NCBI GenBank assembly: GCA_963668115.1
Contig: OY764147.1
Coordinates: forward strand, 2,010,061-2,074,060
From: Dehalococcoidia bacterium
GTDB taxonomy: Bacteria > Chloroflexota > Dehalococcoidia > Plut-88900
Length of the DNA: 64,000 nt
Direction of reading: 5' to 3'
The position numbers and the translations under genes are program-made. The notes below the pieces were generated by a model. The model saw only the letters and a list, made by a program, of their open reading frames with translations. It had not been told where the DNA came from and did not search any database. This document shows, in pieces, positions 20,972-29,517 of this stretch; position 1 is the stretch's first letter; every line of letters begins with the position of its first letter.

Positions 20972-21925
20972 ATGAAAGTTCCGGCAATACTCAACCCAGC
21001 TTGGTTAAACAAGCGCGACAAGCTCGGGCAGAGGCGTCGGGACATTATCAAGTCCCTCGCCAAGTCCATAGTCCACGACTTCCTCACCTTCAACGTCCCC
21101 CACATGGCCGCTTCCATCGCCTTCTGGGGGCTCTTCTCCATGTTCCCCATGGTCCTCGCCGTCATCATCATCACCGGCGATTTCCTCTCTTACGACGCCC
21201 TGATAGAGCGGATAGCCACCGCCGTTCCCGTGTCCCAGGACTTCATCACAGAAACCCTCACGGACATCACCAACGACTGGCCTTATACCGGCATAGCCAC
21301 CGCCGTAGGTCTGGTCTGGGCATCCCTGGCTGTGTTTTCCGCCACCCGCAAGGGAGTCAACGCCGCCTGGGCCATTTTCAGGCCGCGCTCCTTTATGCGG
21401 GAGAGGGTCATCGACTTTTGCCTGATGCTCGGGTCCTGGCTCCTCTTCGTGCTGTCCCTGTCCATCACCCCTATCATCGAATTCTCCCGCTCGACTTCGG
21501 GCACGGAAGCCAGTGAGACCTGGGTCGGTACGTGGCTGCTTATCGGTTGGGTCCTTCCCCTGTTGCTGACCTTCGCGGCCTTTTCAACCCTGTACCGCTA
21601 CATCCCCAACACCCGGGTCCATTGGAAGGACGTCTGGCCCGGAGCCGCCATAGCCGCCGTCTCCTTCGAGGTGCTGCGCCACGGCATCGTCTGGTACGTC
21701 GACCAGATCTCCGTTTACAACCTGGTTTACGGTACTGCCGCCACCCTTGTTATCCTCCTGGCTTGGGCCTATTTCTCAGGCGTCATACTACTGTTCGGCG
21801 CGGTCGTGGCATCTCGCATCAACAAGCTCCGACGCCAGAGGAAGCGCCTGGCCGAAGGAAGCGACGCCTCAAGCCAGACGGCTATCGACATGCTGGTCTA
21901 CACCAAGACCGATGACGGCGGCTAG
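20972..21925 (+). CDS. YihY/BrkB-family membrane protein
   Basis: MAASIAFWGLFSMFPMVLAVIII motif plus 6 TM segments. 317 aa. Confidence 0.85.
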   Translation: MKVPAILNPAWLNKRDKLGQRRRDIIKSLAKSIVHDFLTFNVPHMAASIAFWGLFSMFPMVLAVIIITGDFLSYDALIERIATAVPVSQDFITETLTDITNDWPYTGIATAVGLVWASLAVFSATRKGVNAAWAIFRPRSFMRERVIDFCLMLGSWLLFVLSLSITPIIEFSRSTSGTEASETWVGTWLLIGWVLPLLLTFAAFSTLYRYIPNTRVHWKDVWPGAAIAAVSFEVLRHGIVWYVDQISVYNLVYGTAATLVILLAWAYFSGVILLFGAVVASRINKLRRQRKRLAEGSDASSQTAIDMLVYTKTDDGG

Positions 21926-21941
21926 CCCCCTCCATCTGACC

Positions 21942-23006
21942 ATGAGACGTCTTCTGCTCACTGCCCCGGCCCTCGGCCTGCTGCTGTTCATAGCCGCCCT
22001 CGCCTGTATCCCGGACCCCCAGCCTACCCCTCCCCCCACCAGCACCCCTGCCCCGAACCTCACCCCCACCTCCATCCCGGGCCTCCTGTTCTTCGCCGAC
22101 GTGGCGGAGCACGCACTCCCCGCCGTCGTCTCCATCCTCACCGGCCCCGTCGACCTCAGGCAGTTCCTTGACCCCGCCTCCCAGTCCGACTACAGCGGCT
22201 CCGGCGCGATTATCAGCGAGGACGGCCTGATTCTCACCAATAGCCACGTGGTGGAGGGCGCCAACTTCATCTTGGTCACCCTCACCGATGATCGTCATTT
22301 CAGCGCCGAAATAGTCGGCGCTGACCCGACCTCCGACCTAGCCGTCCTGAAAATAGACGCCGATGACCTGCCCACCCTCGGCTTCGGCGACAGCGAGACC
22401 CTCCGCATCGGCGAACCCGTCGTCGCCATCGGCAACGCCTTGGCCCTGGAGGGCGGGCCCACGGTCACCGCGGGCGTCGTGAGTGCCGTGGGCAGGTCCG
22501 TATCCGTCAGCGACGGCGAACTCAGCGACCTCGTCCAGACCGACGCCGCCATAAATCCGGGCAACAGCGGCGGCCCTCTCCTCAACATGAACAGCGAAAT
22601 AGTCGGCATCAACACGGCCATCGACAGGACCCAGCCGGGCATCGGGTTTGCCATGGGCACCACTACCATCAACCGCGTCGTAGAGCAGCTAATCGCCACC
22701 GGCGAGGTGGTGCGGGGCTACCTGGGCGTGACCCTGGCCACCGTCAACCCCGTCATAGCCATGCGGTTTGATCTGGACGTCGAGGAAGGAGTCCTGATTA
22801 CCAACGTCCTCAACGGCACCCCCGCCTCCGACGCCGGCATCGAGCCCCGGGACGTTGCCATCAACTTCAACGGCGAGGTCCTGACCTCCAGCAACGAGTT
22901 CATCCACCTGATCCGCACCAGCCCCATCGGCCAAACCCTCCCCATCACCATAGTCCGCGAAGGCGAAGAACTCACCTTCTCCGTAGTCCTCGCCGTCCGC
23001 CAGTAG
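21942..23006 (+). CDS. HtrA/DegP-like trypsin-type serine protease with PDZ domain, lipobox signal
   Basis: Start chosen at MRRLLLTAPALGLLLFIAALAC (ATG 21942). TNSHVV, DLAVLK and GNSGGPL form the catalytic triad context. C-terminal PDZ-like segment. Confidence 0.9.
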   Translation: MRRLLLTAPALGLLLFIAALACIPDPQPTPPPTSTPAPNLTPTSIPGLLFFADVAEHALPAVVSILTGPVDLRQFLDPASQSDYSGSGAIISEDGLILTNSHVVEGANFILVTLTDDRHFSAEIVGADPTSDLAVLKIDADDLPTLGFGDSETLRIGEPVVAIGNALALEGGPTVTAGVVSAVGRSVSVSDGELSDLVQTDAAINPGNSGGPLLNMNSEIVGINTAIDRTQPGIGFAMGTTTINRVVEQLIATGEVVRGYLGVTLATVNPVIAMRFDLDVEEGVLITNVLNGTPASDAGIEPRDVAINFNGEVLTSSNEFIHLIRTSPIGQTLPITIVREGEELTFSVVLAVRQ

Positions 23007-23069
23007 CCCACCCTTTCTCTTTTCCCGTCACAGTTCGAGCTTCCGTAATTCTTGCACTAATTTGCATAT

Positions 23070-23089
23070 TGGTAACGATAATGTTACCA
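23070..23089. promoter_or_regulatory. Inverted repeat overlapping a -10-like box upstream of the toxin-antitoxin pair (candidate operator)
   Basis: TGGTAAC-GATAAT-GTTACCA, with 7-bp perfect arms, ending 8 nt before the GTG at 23097. Confidence 0.4.
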
Positions 23090-23096
23090 TCATCAA

Positions 23097-23426
23097 GTGA
23101 CCGAGATCAAGGAATACGTTGACCACCGGGGCCGTAGTCCCTTCGGTCGATGGTTCGATGGTCTGAATGCTGCGGCAGCGACTAGAGTTAGAACAGCCCT
23201 TGCACGGATGGAAGCCGGCAATCTATCCAATGTCAGGGGCGTTGGGAGTGGGGTCCAGGAGTTCCGTTTGCACTTCGGGCCGGGCTACAGGGTCTATTTC
23301 GGCAGGGATGGAGATACGTTGATAATCCTGCTAGGCGGCGGGACCAAAGTTCGACAACAAAGAGACATAGAAAACGCCCGCGAGTTTTGGCAAGACTACA
23401 GGCGACGCAAGCAACAGGAGGTATGA
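23097..23426 (+). CDS. Addiction-module killer protein (RelE/HigB-like toxin)
   Basis: 109 aa. ...FRLHFGPGYRVYFGRDGDTLIILLGGGTKVRQQRDIENA... is typical of the putative addiction module killer family. Confidence 0.8.
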   Translation: MTEIKEYVDHRGRSPFGRWFDGLNAAAATRVRTALARMEAGNLSNVRGVGSGVQEFRLHFGPGYRVYFGRDGDTLIILLGGGTKVRQQRDIENAREFWQDYRRRKQQEV

Positions 23427-23429
23427 ATC

Positions 23430-23747
23430 ATGCCCCTCACCCGAGATTTCAAAGAAACCGTCCATGCCCGAGCCCTACGCGACCCAGCCTTCCGAGAGGG
23501 GTTGCTGAAAGAGGGTATCGATCTCTTGCTTGCCGGAGACGTCGACGCAGGCAAGATCGTACTTCGGGACTACATCAACGCGACCATCGGGTTCGAAGAA
23601 TTAGGTTCTCTTACCAACAAGCCATCCAAGAGCCTCATGCGCATGTTCGGGCCGAACGGCAATCCCCAGGCCCGAAACCTCTTCCACGTCATTAGCTGCA
23701 TCCAGCAACACCAGGGCGTCCAGCTTGAAGTGAACGCCGTTCGGTAG
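23430..23747 (+). CDS. Cognate antidote/DNA-binding antitoxin
   Basis: 105 aa, begins 4 nt after the toxin stop. ...DPAFREGLLKEGIDLLLAGDVDAGKIVLRDYINAT... resembles antidote proteins paired with that killer family. Confidence 0.65.
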   Translation: MPLTRDFKETVHARALRDPAFREGLLKEGIDLLLAGDVDAGKIVLRDYINATIGFEELGSLTNKPSKSLMRMFGPNGNPQARNLFHVISCIQQHQGVQLEVNAVR

Positions 23748-23845
23748 GCTGCTATTGCAGGTCGGCCTTAGCGTCATTCCTGTAAGTGTTATCTAACCCC
23801 CTGCTATACTGGGAACAGGCATCTCGCAAGATCGATAGAAATCCC

Positions 23846-24202
23846 ATGGGCACATTCACCTCACCGATAACAATCGCTAACGTCGACGGCTCGCACTCTA
23901 GAGAAATAGAGGCAATCGTCGACACCGGCGCGGCCTACACCACCCTTCCCTCATCCTTGCTCCGAGACATCGGAGTCGAACCTGTCGGCCAGCGCAGGTT
24001 CCTCCTCGCGGATGGACGGCGAATCCACATGGACTACGGTGAAGCCCGAGCAACGATTAACGGCGATAGCGTGACTACCTTGGTAGTTTTTGCCGAAGAC
24101 AACGCACCGTCCCTTCTCGGAGCCTACACCCTTGAAGGCCTCGGCCTCGCCGTCGACCCCGTAGAGCAACGCCTCATCCCCACCACCCTCATCCTCTACT
24201 AG
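23846..24202 (+). CDS. Retropepsin-like (clan AA) aspartic protease
   Basis: IEAIVDTGAAYTTLP contains the D(T/S)GA active-site motif. About 118 aa from the ATG at 23846. Confidence 0.7.
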   Translation: MGTFTSPITIANVDGSHSREIEAIVDTGAAYTTLPSSLLRDIGVEPVGQRRFLLADGRRIHMDYGEARATINGDSVTTLVVFAEDNAPSLLGAYTLEGLGLAVDPVEQRLIPTTLILY

Positions 24203-24213
24203 CCACACACCCT

Positions 24214-27200
24214 CTACCCCACCCTGACTACCCCCAACACCACCTCCCGACCATCCAGCTTGTGCGTCTCCACGAACGCCTCCGCCGGAGGTGCAATCGT
24301 TAGCACCTCCCGTGATAGCGTCTCCTGCTTCACGTACGACTCGTGGGCGGCCAGCGCCTCCGCCGGAGGTCCTTCCCCGACCATGTAACTCACTATCTGG
24401 TCCACCACCTCGAAGCCCGCCGACCTCCGCATCGTCTGCAGCCGGTGCACCAGCTCCCGGGCCATACCCTCCTTGGCCAGATCCTCCGATATGGCCGTCG
24501 GTATCGCTACTACGTAGTCGCCCTCCGCCGCCACCGACACCCCTTCCTTCTCCACCGCCTCCAGGTTCACCTCTTCCGGCTCCAGCGTGAAACCCGACAC
24601 CTTAATGCTTCCGCCAGACTGCACAACCCTTGCCACCTCGCCGGGGTCCATCGCCGACAGCCCCTTCACGATCTTCGGCGTATCCTTCCCGTACTTCGGC
24701 CCGAGCAACGGCGTGTTCGCCGACACCTTGTAGTCGTACACCTCCGCCGCCGACTCAGCGAACTCCAGCGCCTTCACGTTCAGCTCTTCGCTCACCTGGT
24801 CGAAGCTTCGCTGCAAAGCCTCTCTCTCTGCATCCCCCCGCACCACCACCTTCACCGATGCCAACGGCTGCCGCACCTTGATCGCCGCCTTGCTCCGCGC
24901 CGCCCGACCCAGGCTGCTTATCTTCATCGCCAGCCGGGCTTCATCGTTCAGGGCCGGGTCTATCAGCGACTCATCCCCTTCCGGAAACTCGGCTAGGTGG
25001 ACGCTCTCCGGCGCAGAGGCGTCGGCACCCGACACTAGGTTTCGGTACAGCTCTTCCGCGAGGAACGGCGTGAAGGGAGCAATCAGCTTGGACAGGGTGA
25101 CCAGGCAGCCGTAAAGCGTGTCGTACGCCGACTGCTTCTCTTCATCGTTCTCGCTCTTCCAGAACCGGCGCCTGCTCCGGCGCACGTACCAGTTCGACAG
25201 CACGTCCACGAACGCCTCGATCCTGCGCCCCGCGTTCGTCGGGTCGTAGTTGTCCAGCGACTCCGTAACGTCTTTCACCAGCCGGTGCAACTCCGACTCT
25301 ATCCACCGGTCCAGCCCCGACGCCTTCGCTCCGTTACCCGTGCCCTTCGGCTGGTAACCGTCGATGTTGGCGTAGGTCACGAAGAACGAGTAGGTGTTCC
25401 AAAGCGTCAGCATGAACTTGCGGATGGCTTCCTGCACCAGTTCTCCCGAGAACCGGCGAGGGTTGCCCGGCGGCGACGCCGTGTACAGGTACCAGCGCAG
25501 GGCGTCGGCACCCTGCGCATCGAGAACCGACCACGGCTGCACCACGTTCCCCTTGGACTTGCTCATCTTCTCCCCGGCCTCGTCCAGGATGTGGCCCAGG
25601 CAGATTACGTTCCGGTAGCACGGCTCCCCAAACACCAGCGACGACACCGCGTGCAGGCTGTAGAACCACCCCCGAGTCTGGTCGACCGCCTCGCAGATGT
25701 AGTCCGCCGGGAACCGACCGTCCTCCTTCATACCATCGTTCTCGAACGGGTAATGCCACTGCGCAATCGGCATCGCCCCCGAGTCGAACCAGACATCCAT
25801 CACTTCCAGGATCCGGCTCATCGTCCCGCCGCAATCCCCGCACTCGTAGAAGATTTCGTCCACGTATGGCCGGTGAAGGTCCAGGGGCTCGGCGATGCCG
25901 CGCACCTTCTTCTTCTCTCGCAGCTCCTCTATCGACCCTATGCACTCGTACTTCTCACAGGAGTCGCACTGCCAGAAGGGAATCGGGGTCCCCCAGTACC
26001 GCTCCCGGGAGATGGCCCAGTCCTGCACGTTCCGCAGCCACTCCCCGAACCGGCCCCACTTGATGTGGCCCGGGTACCAGTTCACCTTGTCATTGTTGTC
26101 CAGCAGCGTGTCCTTGATCGCCGTCGTGTTGATGTACCAGGAGCTCTTGGCGTAGTACACCAGCGGCGAGCTGCACCGCCAGCAGAACGGATAGGTGTGG
26201 ACGATCTGCGTATGCCTGAACAGCAGCTCCCGGGCCGTCAGGTCGTCGATGATGTCCGCATCGGCGTCCTTCACGAATTTCCCTGCGAAGGGAAAGTTCC
26301 CGATCATCCCTCCCTGCAAGTCAACATGCTGCACGAAGTACAGCTCCGCCGACGCCCCAATCTTGAAGTCGTCCTCTCCGAAGGCCGGTGCTATGTGCAC
26401 GACCCCCGTCCCCTCATCCAGACTCACAAAGTCCCCCCCGACCACGTGGAACGTCGCCGTCTGGCCGGGCTGGTAGCTGGCCCCCCTCTGCACCCGACCC
26501 TCCGCAAACTTCCCGATTCCCGGCACCTTGTACGCCACCGGGTTGTACAGCGCCTTGTATCCCAACCCCACCAGGTCGCTTCCCTTCACCGTCCCAACGG
26601 TCTCGTATCCCGACGGCAGCAGCTTCCCGACCAACGCCTCGGCCATGATCAGCCGCTCCGGGATGGCCCCGTCCGCCTTGTCCTCTACTAGTGCGTAGTC
26701 CGCTTCAGGGTCTATGGCGAGGGCCGTGTTGCCGGGCAGTGTCCAGGGAGTCGTCGTCCAGGCAAGGATGAATGTAGGCAGGTGGGACCCGCCTATCAGC
26801 TTGCGGGCCCCGTTGCTGTAATCGTCATCCTCAAGGTCCACACGGAACTTCACGAATATGGCCACGTCCTTCGTCTGGTCGTTGTACCCTTGGGCCACCT
26901 CGTGGTCGCTGAGCGAGGTCACACACCTCGGGCAGTGCCAGATCGACTTGTATGCCTCGTGGATCAGGCCCCGGTCCCACAGCTGCTTCAGAATCCACCA
27001 CATCGACTCGATGTAAGAGTTCTCGAAGGTGACGTACGGGTCGTTCATGTCGATCCAGAACCCGATGCGGTCGGTCAGGTCTTCCCATTCCTTCACGTAG
27101 CGCATCACGTTCTGCTTGCAGGCGGCGTTGAACTCCCGGATCCCGTGCTCCTCGATCTGCGCCTTCTGCGTAATCCCGAGACTCTTCTCCACCTCAAGCT

Positions 27201-27489
27201 CAACCGGCAATCCGTGGGTGTCCCAGCCCGCCTTTCGGGGCGCGCAATACCCCTTCATCGTCTTGTAGCGGGGCATGATGTCCTTGAACACCCGGGAGAG
27301 GACGTGATGGATGCCGGGGCCCGCGTTGGCCGTCGGCGGCCCTTCGTACATAACGTACAAAGGTCGGTCCCGACGCTCCTCCACCGACCGCGTCGCAATA
27401 TCCCGCTCCTTCCAGAACTCCAACACCCGCGTCTCCAGCTCCGGAAAACTCACCTTGCTCGATACCGGTTCAAACATCTTCTCGCTCAT
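24214..27489 (-). CDS. ileS: Isoleucine--tRNA ligase
   Basis: 1091 aa. HIGH-type motif (PGIHHVLSRV), KMSKSKGN, CP1 editing domain, zinc-binding CxxC pairs. Confidence 0.97.
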   Translation of the reverse strand: MSEKMFEPVSSKVSFPELETRVLEFWKERDIATRSVEERRDRPLYVMYEGPPTANAGPGIHHVLSRVFKDIMPRYKTMKGYCAPRKAGWDTHGLPVELEVEKSLGITQKAQIEEHGIREFNAACKQNVMRYVKEWEDLTDRIGFWIDMNDPYVTFENSYIESMWWILKQLWDRGLIHEAYKSIWHCPRCVTSLSDHEVAQGYNDQTKDVAIFVKFRVDLEDDDYSNGARKLIGGSHLPTFILAWTTTPWTLPGNTALAIDPEADYALVEDKADGAIPERLIMAEALVGKLLPSGYETVGTVKGSDLVGLGYKALYNPVAYKVPGIGKFAEGRVQRGASYQPGQTATFHVVGGDFVSLDEGTGVVHIAPAFGEDDFKIGASAELYFVQHVDLQGGMIGNFPFAGKFVKDADADIIDDLTARELLFRHTQIVHTYPFCWRCSSPLVYYAKSSWYINTTAIKDTLLDNNDKVNWYPGHIKWGRFGEWLRNVQDWAISRERYWGTPIPFWQCDSCEKYECIGSIEELREKKKVRGIAEPLDLHRPYVDEIFYECGDCGGTMSRILEVMDVWFDSGAMPIAQWHYPFENDGMKEDGRFPADYICEAVDQTRGWFYSLHAVSSLVFGEPCYRNVICLGHILDEAGEKMSKSKGNVVQPWSVLDAQGADALRWYLYTASPPGNPRRFSGELVQEAIRKFMLTLWNTYSFFVTYANIDGYQPKGTGNGAKASGLDRWIESELHRLVKDVTESLDNYDPTNAGRRIEAFVDVLSNWYVRRSRRRFWKSENDEEKQSAYDTLYGCLVTLSKLIAPFTPFLAEELYRNLVSGADASAPESVHLAEFPEGDESLIDPALNDEARLAMKISSLGRAARSKAAIKVRQPLASVKVVVRGDAEREALQRSFDQVSEELNVKALEFAESAAEVYDYKVSANTPLLGPKYGKDTPKIVKGLSAMDPGEVARVVQSGGSIKVSGFTLEPEEVNLEAVEKEGVSVAAEGDYVVAIPTAISEDLAKEGMARELVHRLQTMRRSAGFEVVDQIVSYMVGEGPPAEALAAHESYVKQETLSREVLTIAPPAEAFVETHKLDGREVVLGVVRVG

Positions 27490-27509
27490 CTACTTAACCT
27501 GTTTTAAGT

Positions 27510-27775
27510 CAATTCCCGTTCTCTCTTTTACCCGTAGGGGCGACCGGCGGGTCGCCCTCCCCCGGGGTCGAAGGGGGTGTCCTACTCTCTCTCCCTTGAG
27601 GAGACCTTTGTATAAATGTCATTCCGATGCCCCGCGAGGAATCTGGGGTGGGGGCTTCGGCGTCGACGAGGCTATCTAGTCTTCCAATGTGTTCCGGTGC
27701 AGTGAGTTACGCAAAGGTCTCTTGAGGGGAGAGGGCTGGGGTGAGGGTGAAAGATACGCCGTCACCCACACCCCT
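27510..27775. repeat. Hairpin-repeat cluster lying between the T-box terminator and the ileS start codon
   Basis: GGGCGACCGGCGGGTCGCCC hairpin (27528-27563), TCTCC-CTTGA-GGAGA, GTCATTCCGATGCCCCGCGAGGAATC (about 27638-27665), GAGAGGGCTGGGGTGAGGGTGA (about 27729-27752). Confidence 0.85.
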
Positions 27776-27792
27776 CCCACGAGAACCCCATC

Positions 27793-28045
27793 AAAAAACC
27801 CGCCCCCGACCAGGGACGGGTCACGACCCGCGGTACCACCCATTTTGCCCGCCTCACGCGGACCTTCTCGTTAGAGCACGGGCCTATTTTACAAGACCGA
27901 TGCCCTCGCCCCTGTAACGGGGAGCGACTCCGGCCACGCCTACTTCGCCATTATCGGGTTTCGGGTGGCGGCTCGGGAGGGATTTTCGGGGCCGGGCTCC
28001 GGGCCTGCTCTCACCGTGCCAGGCTCGCTGATCGCAGCTTCCTGC
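27793..28045 (-). promoter_or_regulatory. T-box riboswitch leader of ileS with intrinsic terminator
   Basis: Minus strand reads ...GCGAUCAGCGAG...GGUGAGAGC...CGAAGUAGG...AAAAUGGGUGGUACCGCGGGUCGUGACCCGUCCCUGGUCGGGGGCGGGUUUUUU. It has the canonical T-box sequence GGGUGGUACCGCG (27842-27829), an AGAGA-type bulge, an AGUA S-turn, and a terminator hairpin followed by a U6 run (27798-27793). Confidence 0.8.
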
Positions 28046-28092
28046 CCCTACTCGTCTCCGTCTTCGCCTGTATCGTGTTTGCTCTGAGCTTC

Positions 28093-28371
28093 CTAGGACC
28101 CGAACAGCGAGGGAGTCGCCTCCTCGGGCAGTCGAGCCTTTATCGCCTCTTTAATCTCTTCGTTGCTCGGGAACCGGCCCGTCTCCAGCTTGGAGTGGAC
28201 CGTCTCACCGTCGATCCTCACCTCGAACTTGCCCTGCGCGGCGGTGATGATCTTGAAGGTCGCGATGTCGTAGTCGTATTCCCTCATCACCTCTTCCGTC
28301 AGACTGACGGCTTCGGGGAGGTAGTTTCAAAGAGTGCAGTATTCGACCTCGATGTTCAGCTTCTTGGCCAT
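28093..28371 (-). CDS. SelW/Rdx-family selenoprotein (in-frame UGA = Sec at codon 15)
   Basis: SD GAGGUAAGG, ATG at 28371, then MAKKLNIEVEYCTL-UGA(28329..28327)-NYLPEAVSLTEEVMREYDYDIATFKIITAAQGKFEVRIDGETVHSKLETGRFPSNEEIKEAIKARL... The CxxU lies exactly at the Rdx-family redox motif. The track shows only the 65-aa part downstream of the UGA. Confidence 0.8.
28296..28310 (-). promoter_or_regulatory. SECIS-like hairpin downstream of the UGA
   Basis: RNA CCGUCA-GUC-UGACGG starts 16 nt 3' of the UGA. A lower stem CCUC/GAGG flanks it, separated by an internal loop. Confidence 0.5.
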
Positions 28372-28373
28372 CC

Positions 28374-28700
28374 TTACCTCACCCCCTTTCTGTTCATGCC
28401 GGTAACGGCCAGGGCCGTCCTCCAAAAGCGAATGACATTATATCTCACCCGACGCCCCACGTCATTCGACAGGCGATTCCTCACTGCATCACTGACTTCC
28501 CCGGGGCTCGGCACCCGACCCGAAAACACCACCTCTCCATCAATCCTAACCTCAAAACTGCCCTCTTCCCCTGACACAAGCTCGAAGCTGCCGACATCAT
28601 AGTCATGCTCTCTCATCACCTCCTCCATCAACCGCACCGCCTCCCCCCACCCCCCCGACTCCTTGTTATAAGCAACTTGGATTGAAAGTTTATCCGGCAT
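28374..28700 (-). CDS. SelW/Rdx-like paralog lacking the Cys/Sec redox motif
   Basis: IQVAYNKESGGWGEAVRLMEEVMREHDYDVGSFELVSGEEGSFEVRIDGEVVFSGRVPSPGEVSDAVRNRL aligns with the selenoprotein, but CTLU is replaced by NKES. Its stop TAA lies 2 nt before the selenoprotein ATG. Confidence 0.6.
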   Translation of the reverse strand: MPDKLSIQVAYNKESGGWGEAVRLMEEVMREHDYDVGSFELVSGEEGSFEVRIDGEVVFSGRVPSPGEVSDAVRNRLSNDVGRRVRYNVIRFWRTALAVTGMNRKGVR

Positions 28701-28715
28701 TAGCCGCCCAGGCGA

Positions 28716-29150
28716 TCACACAGATATGACGTATAGGAAAGACTTGTCCTTCTCTGCTAACAACCCCTCCATCCCCGCATCCAGCGTCGCCAGTTGGCCC
28801 CCTCGCTGCATTGCCGTAGCCAGCAGAACGGCATCCGTAACTTGACGATACCCGTGGATACGGGCGCCGATTGAATCCGGCAAATCGACTATCGACCAGT
28901 CCATCGGCCAAAAAGAATGTTCTCCCAGCCGCGTCAAGCTTTTCAACGCATCAATGGCATCGAGAGGAGTTACCGTATCCCGTACCACCGTGGGATTGCA
29001 GGAGAGCCGTACAAAACCCGACTCCGTCAGGGCACAAGTCGCCCATCCTTCCCACTGGTGTTCTTTGAACCACGCGTTGGCGGCTGCATGATGCGCGTGA
29101 TTTGACCAGACCAAGGCTAACAGGACGTTCACGTCCAGAAGCGCGGTCAC
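28716..29150 (-). CDS. vapC: VapC-type PIN-domain toxin
   Basis: LLDVNVLLAL (first acidic residue), ...QVTDAVLLATA. 144 aa. 4-nt overlap with the upstream antitoxin. Confidence 0.85.
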   Translation of the reverse strand: MTALLDVNVLLALVWSNHAHHAAANAWFKEHQWEGWATCALTESGFVRLSCNPTVVRDTVTPLDAIDALKSLTRLGEHSFWPMDWSIVDLPDSIGARIHGYRQVTDAVLLATAMQRGGQLATLDAGMEGLLAEKDKSFLYVISV

Positions 29151-29377
29151 GGAAATTCGTCCAGCGCCTTGTACACGTCCTCACTGGTGAATGGTTCGGC
29201 ATTGGGATTTATGGGGAAAAACGGTATGTCATCACGTTTCGCGCTCGTGTTTACCCCATTCCTAAACCCCCGGCGCGCCAGCTCCGACACCGCGCTCCCT
29301 AAGCTACCCCCGTTACGTGCTGCTAACGCCCGCGCTACCGACAGGACATCGTCATCTATGGTTAGTGTTGTCCGCAT
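29147..29377 (-). CDS. vapB: VapB-type antitoxin
   Basis: MRTTLTIDDDVLSVARALAARNGGSLGSAVSELARRGF is a typical VapB N-terminus. Start chosen at ATG 29377 rather than the track start 29413. Confidence 0.75.
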   Translation of the reverse strand: MRTTLTIDDDVLSVARALAARNGGSLGSAVSELARRGFRNGVNTSAKRDDIPFFPINPNAEPFTSEDVYKALDEFP

Positions 29378-29517
29378 GACAACATCATAGCATCGTAACA
29401 TCAACATTGCCAATCAGTGGCTTAGTACCTCCTGGCAGGGAAGCTCATACACTGCATTTGCCCCGTTAATTATCGGGTGAGACAATCAAGAAGTGGGGTC
29501 CATCCGAATAGCAGGGA

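Noticed and set aside
28374-28700. Second selenoprotein in the upstream SelW-like paralog
   Set aside because: There is no in-frame TGA and no Cys at the aligned CxxU position (NKES instead). It is annotated as a redox-motif-less paralog.
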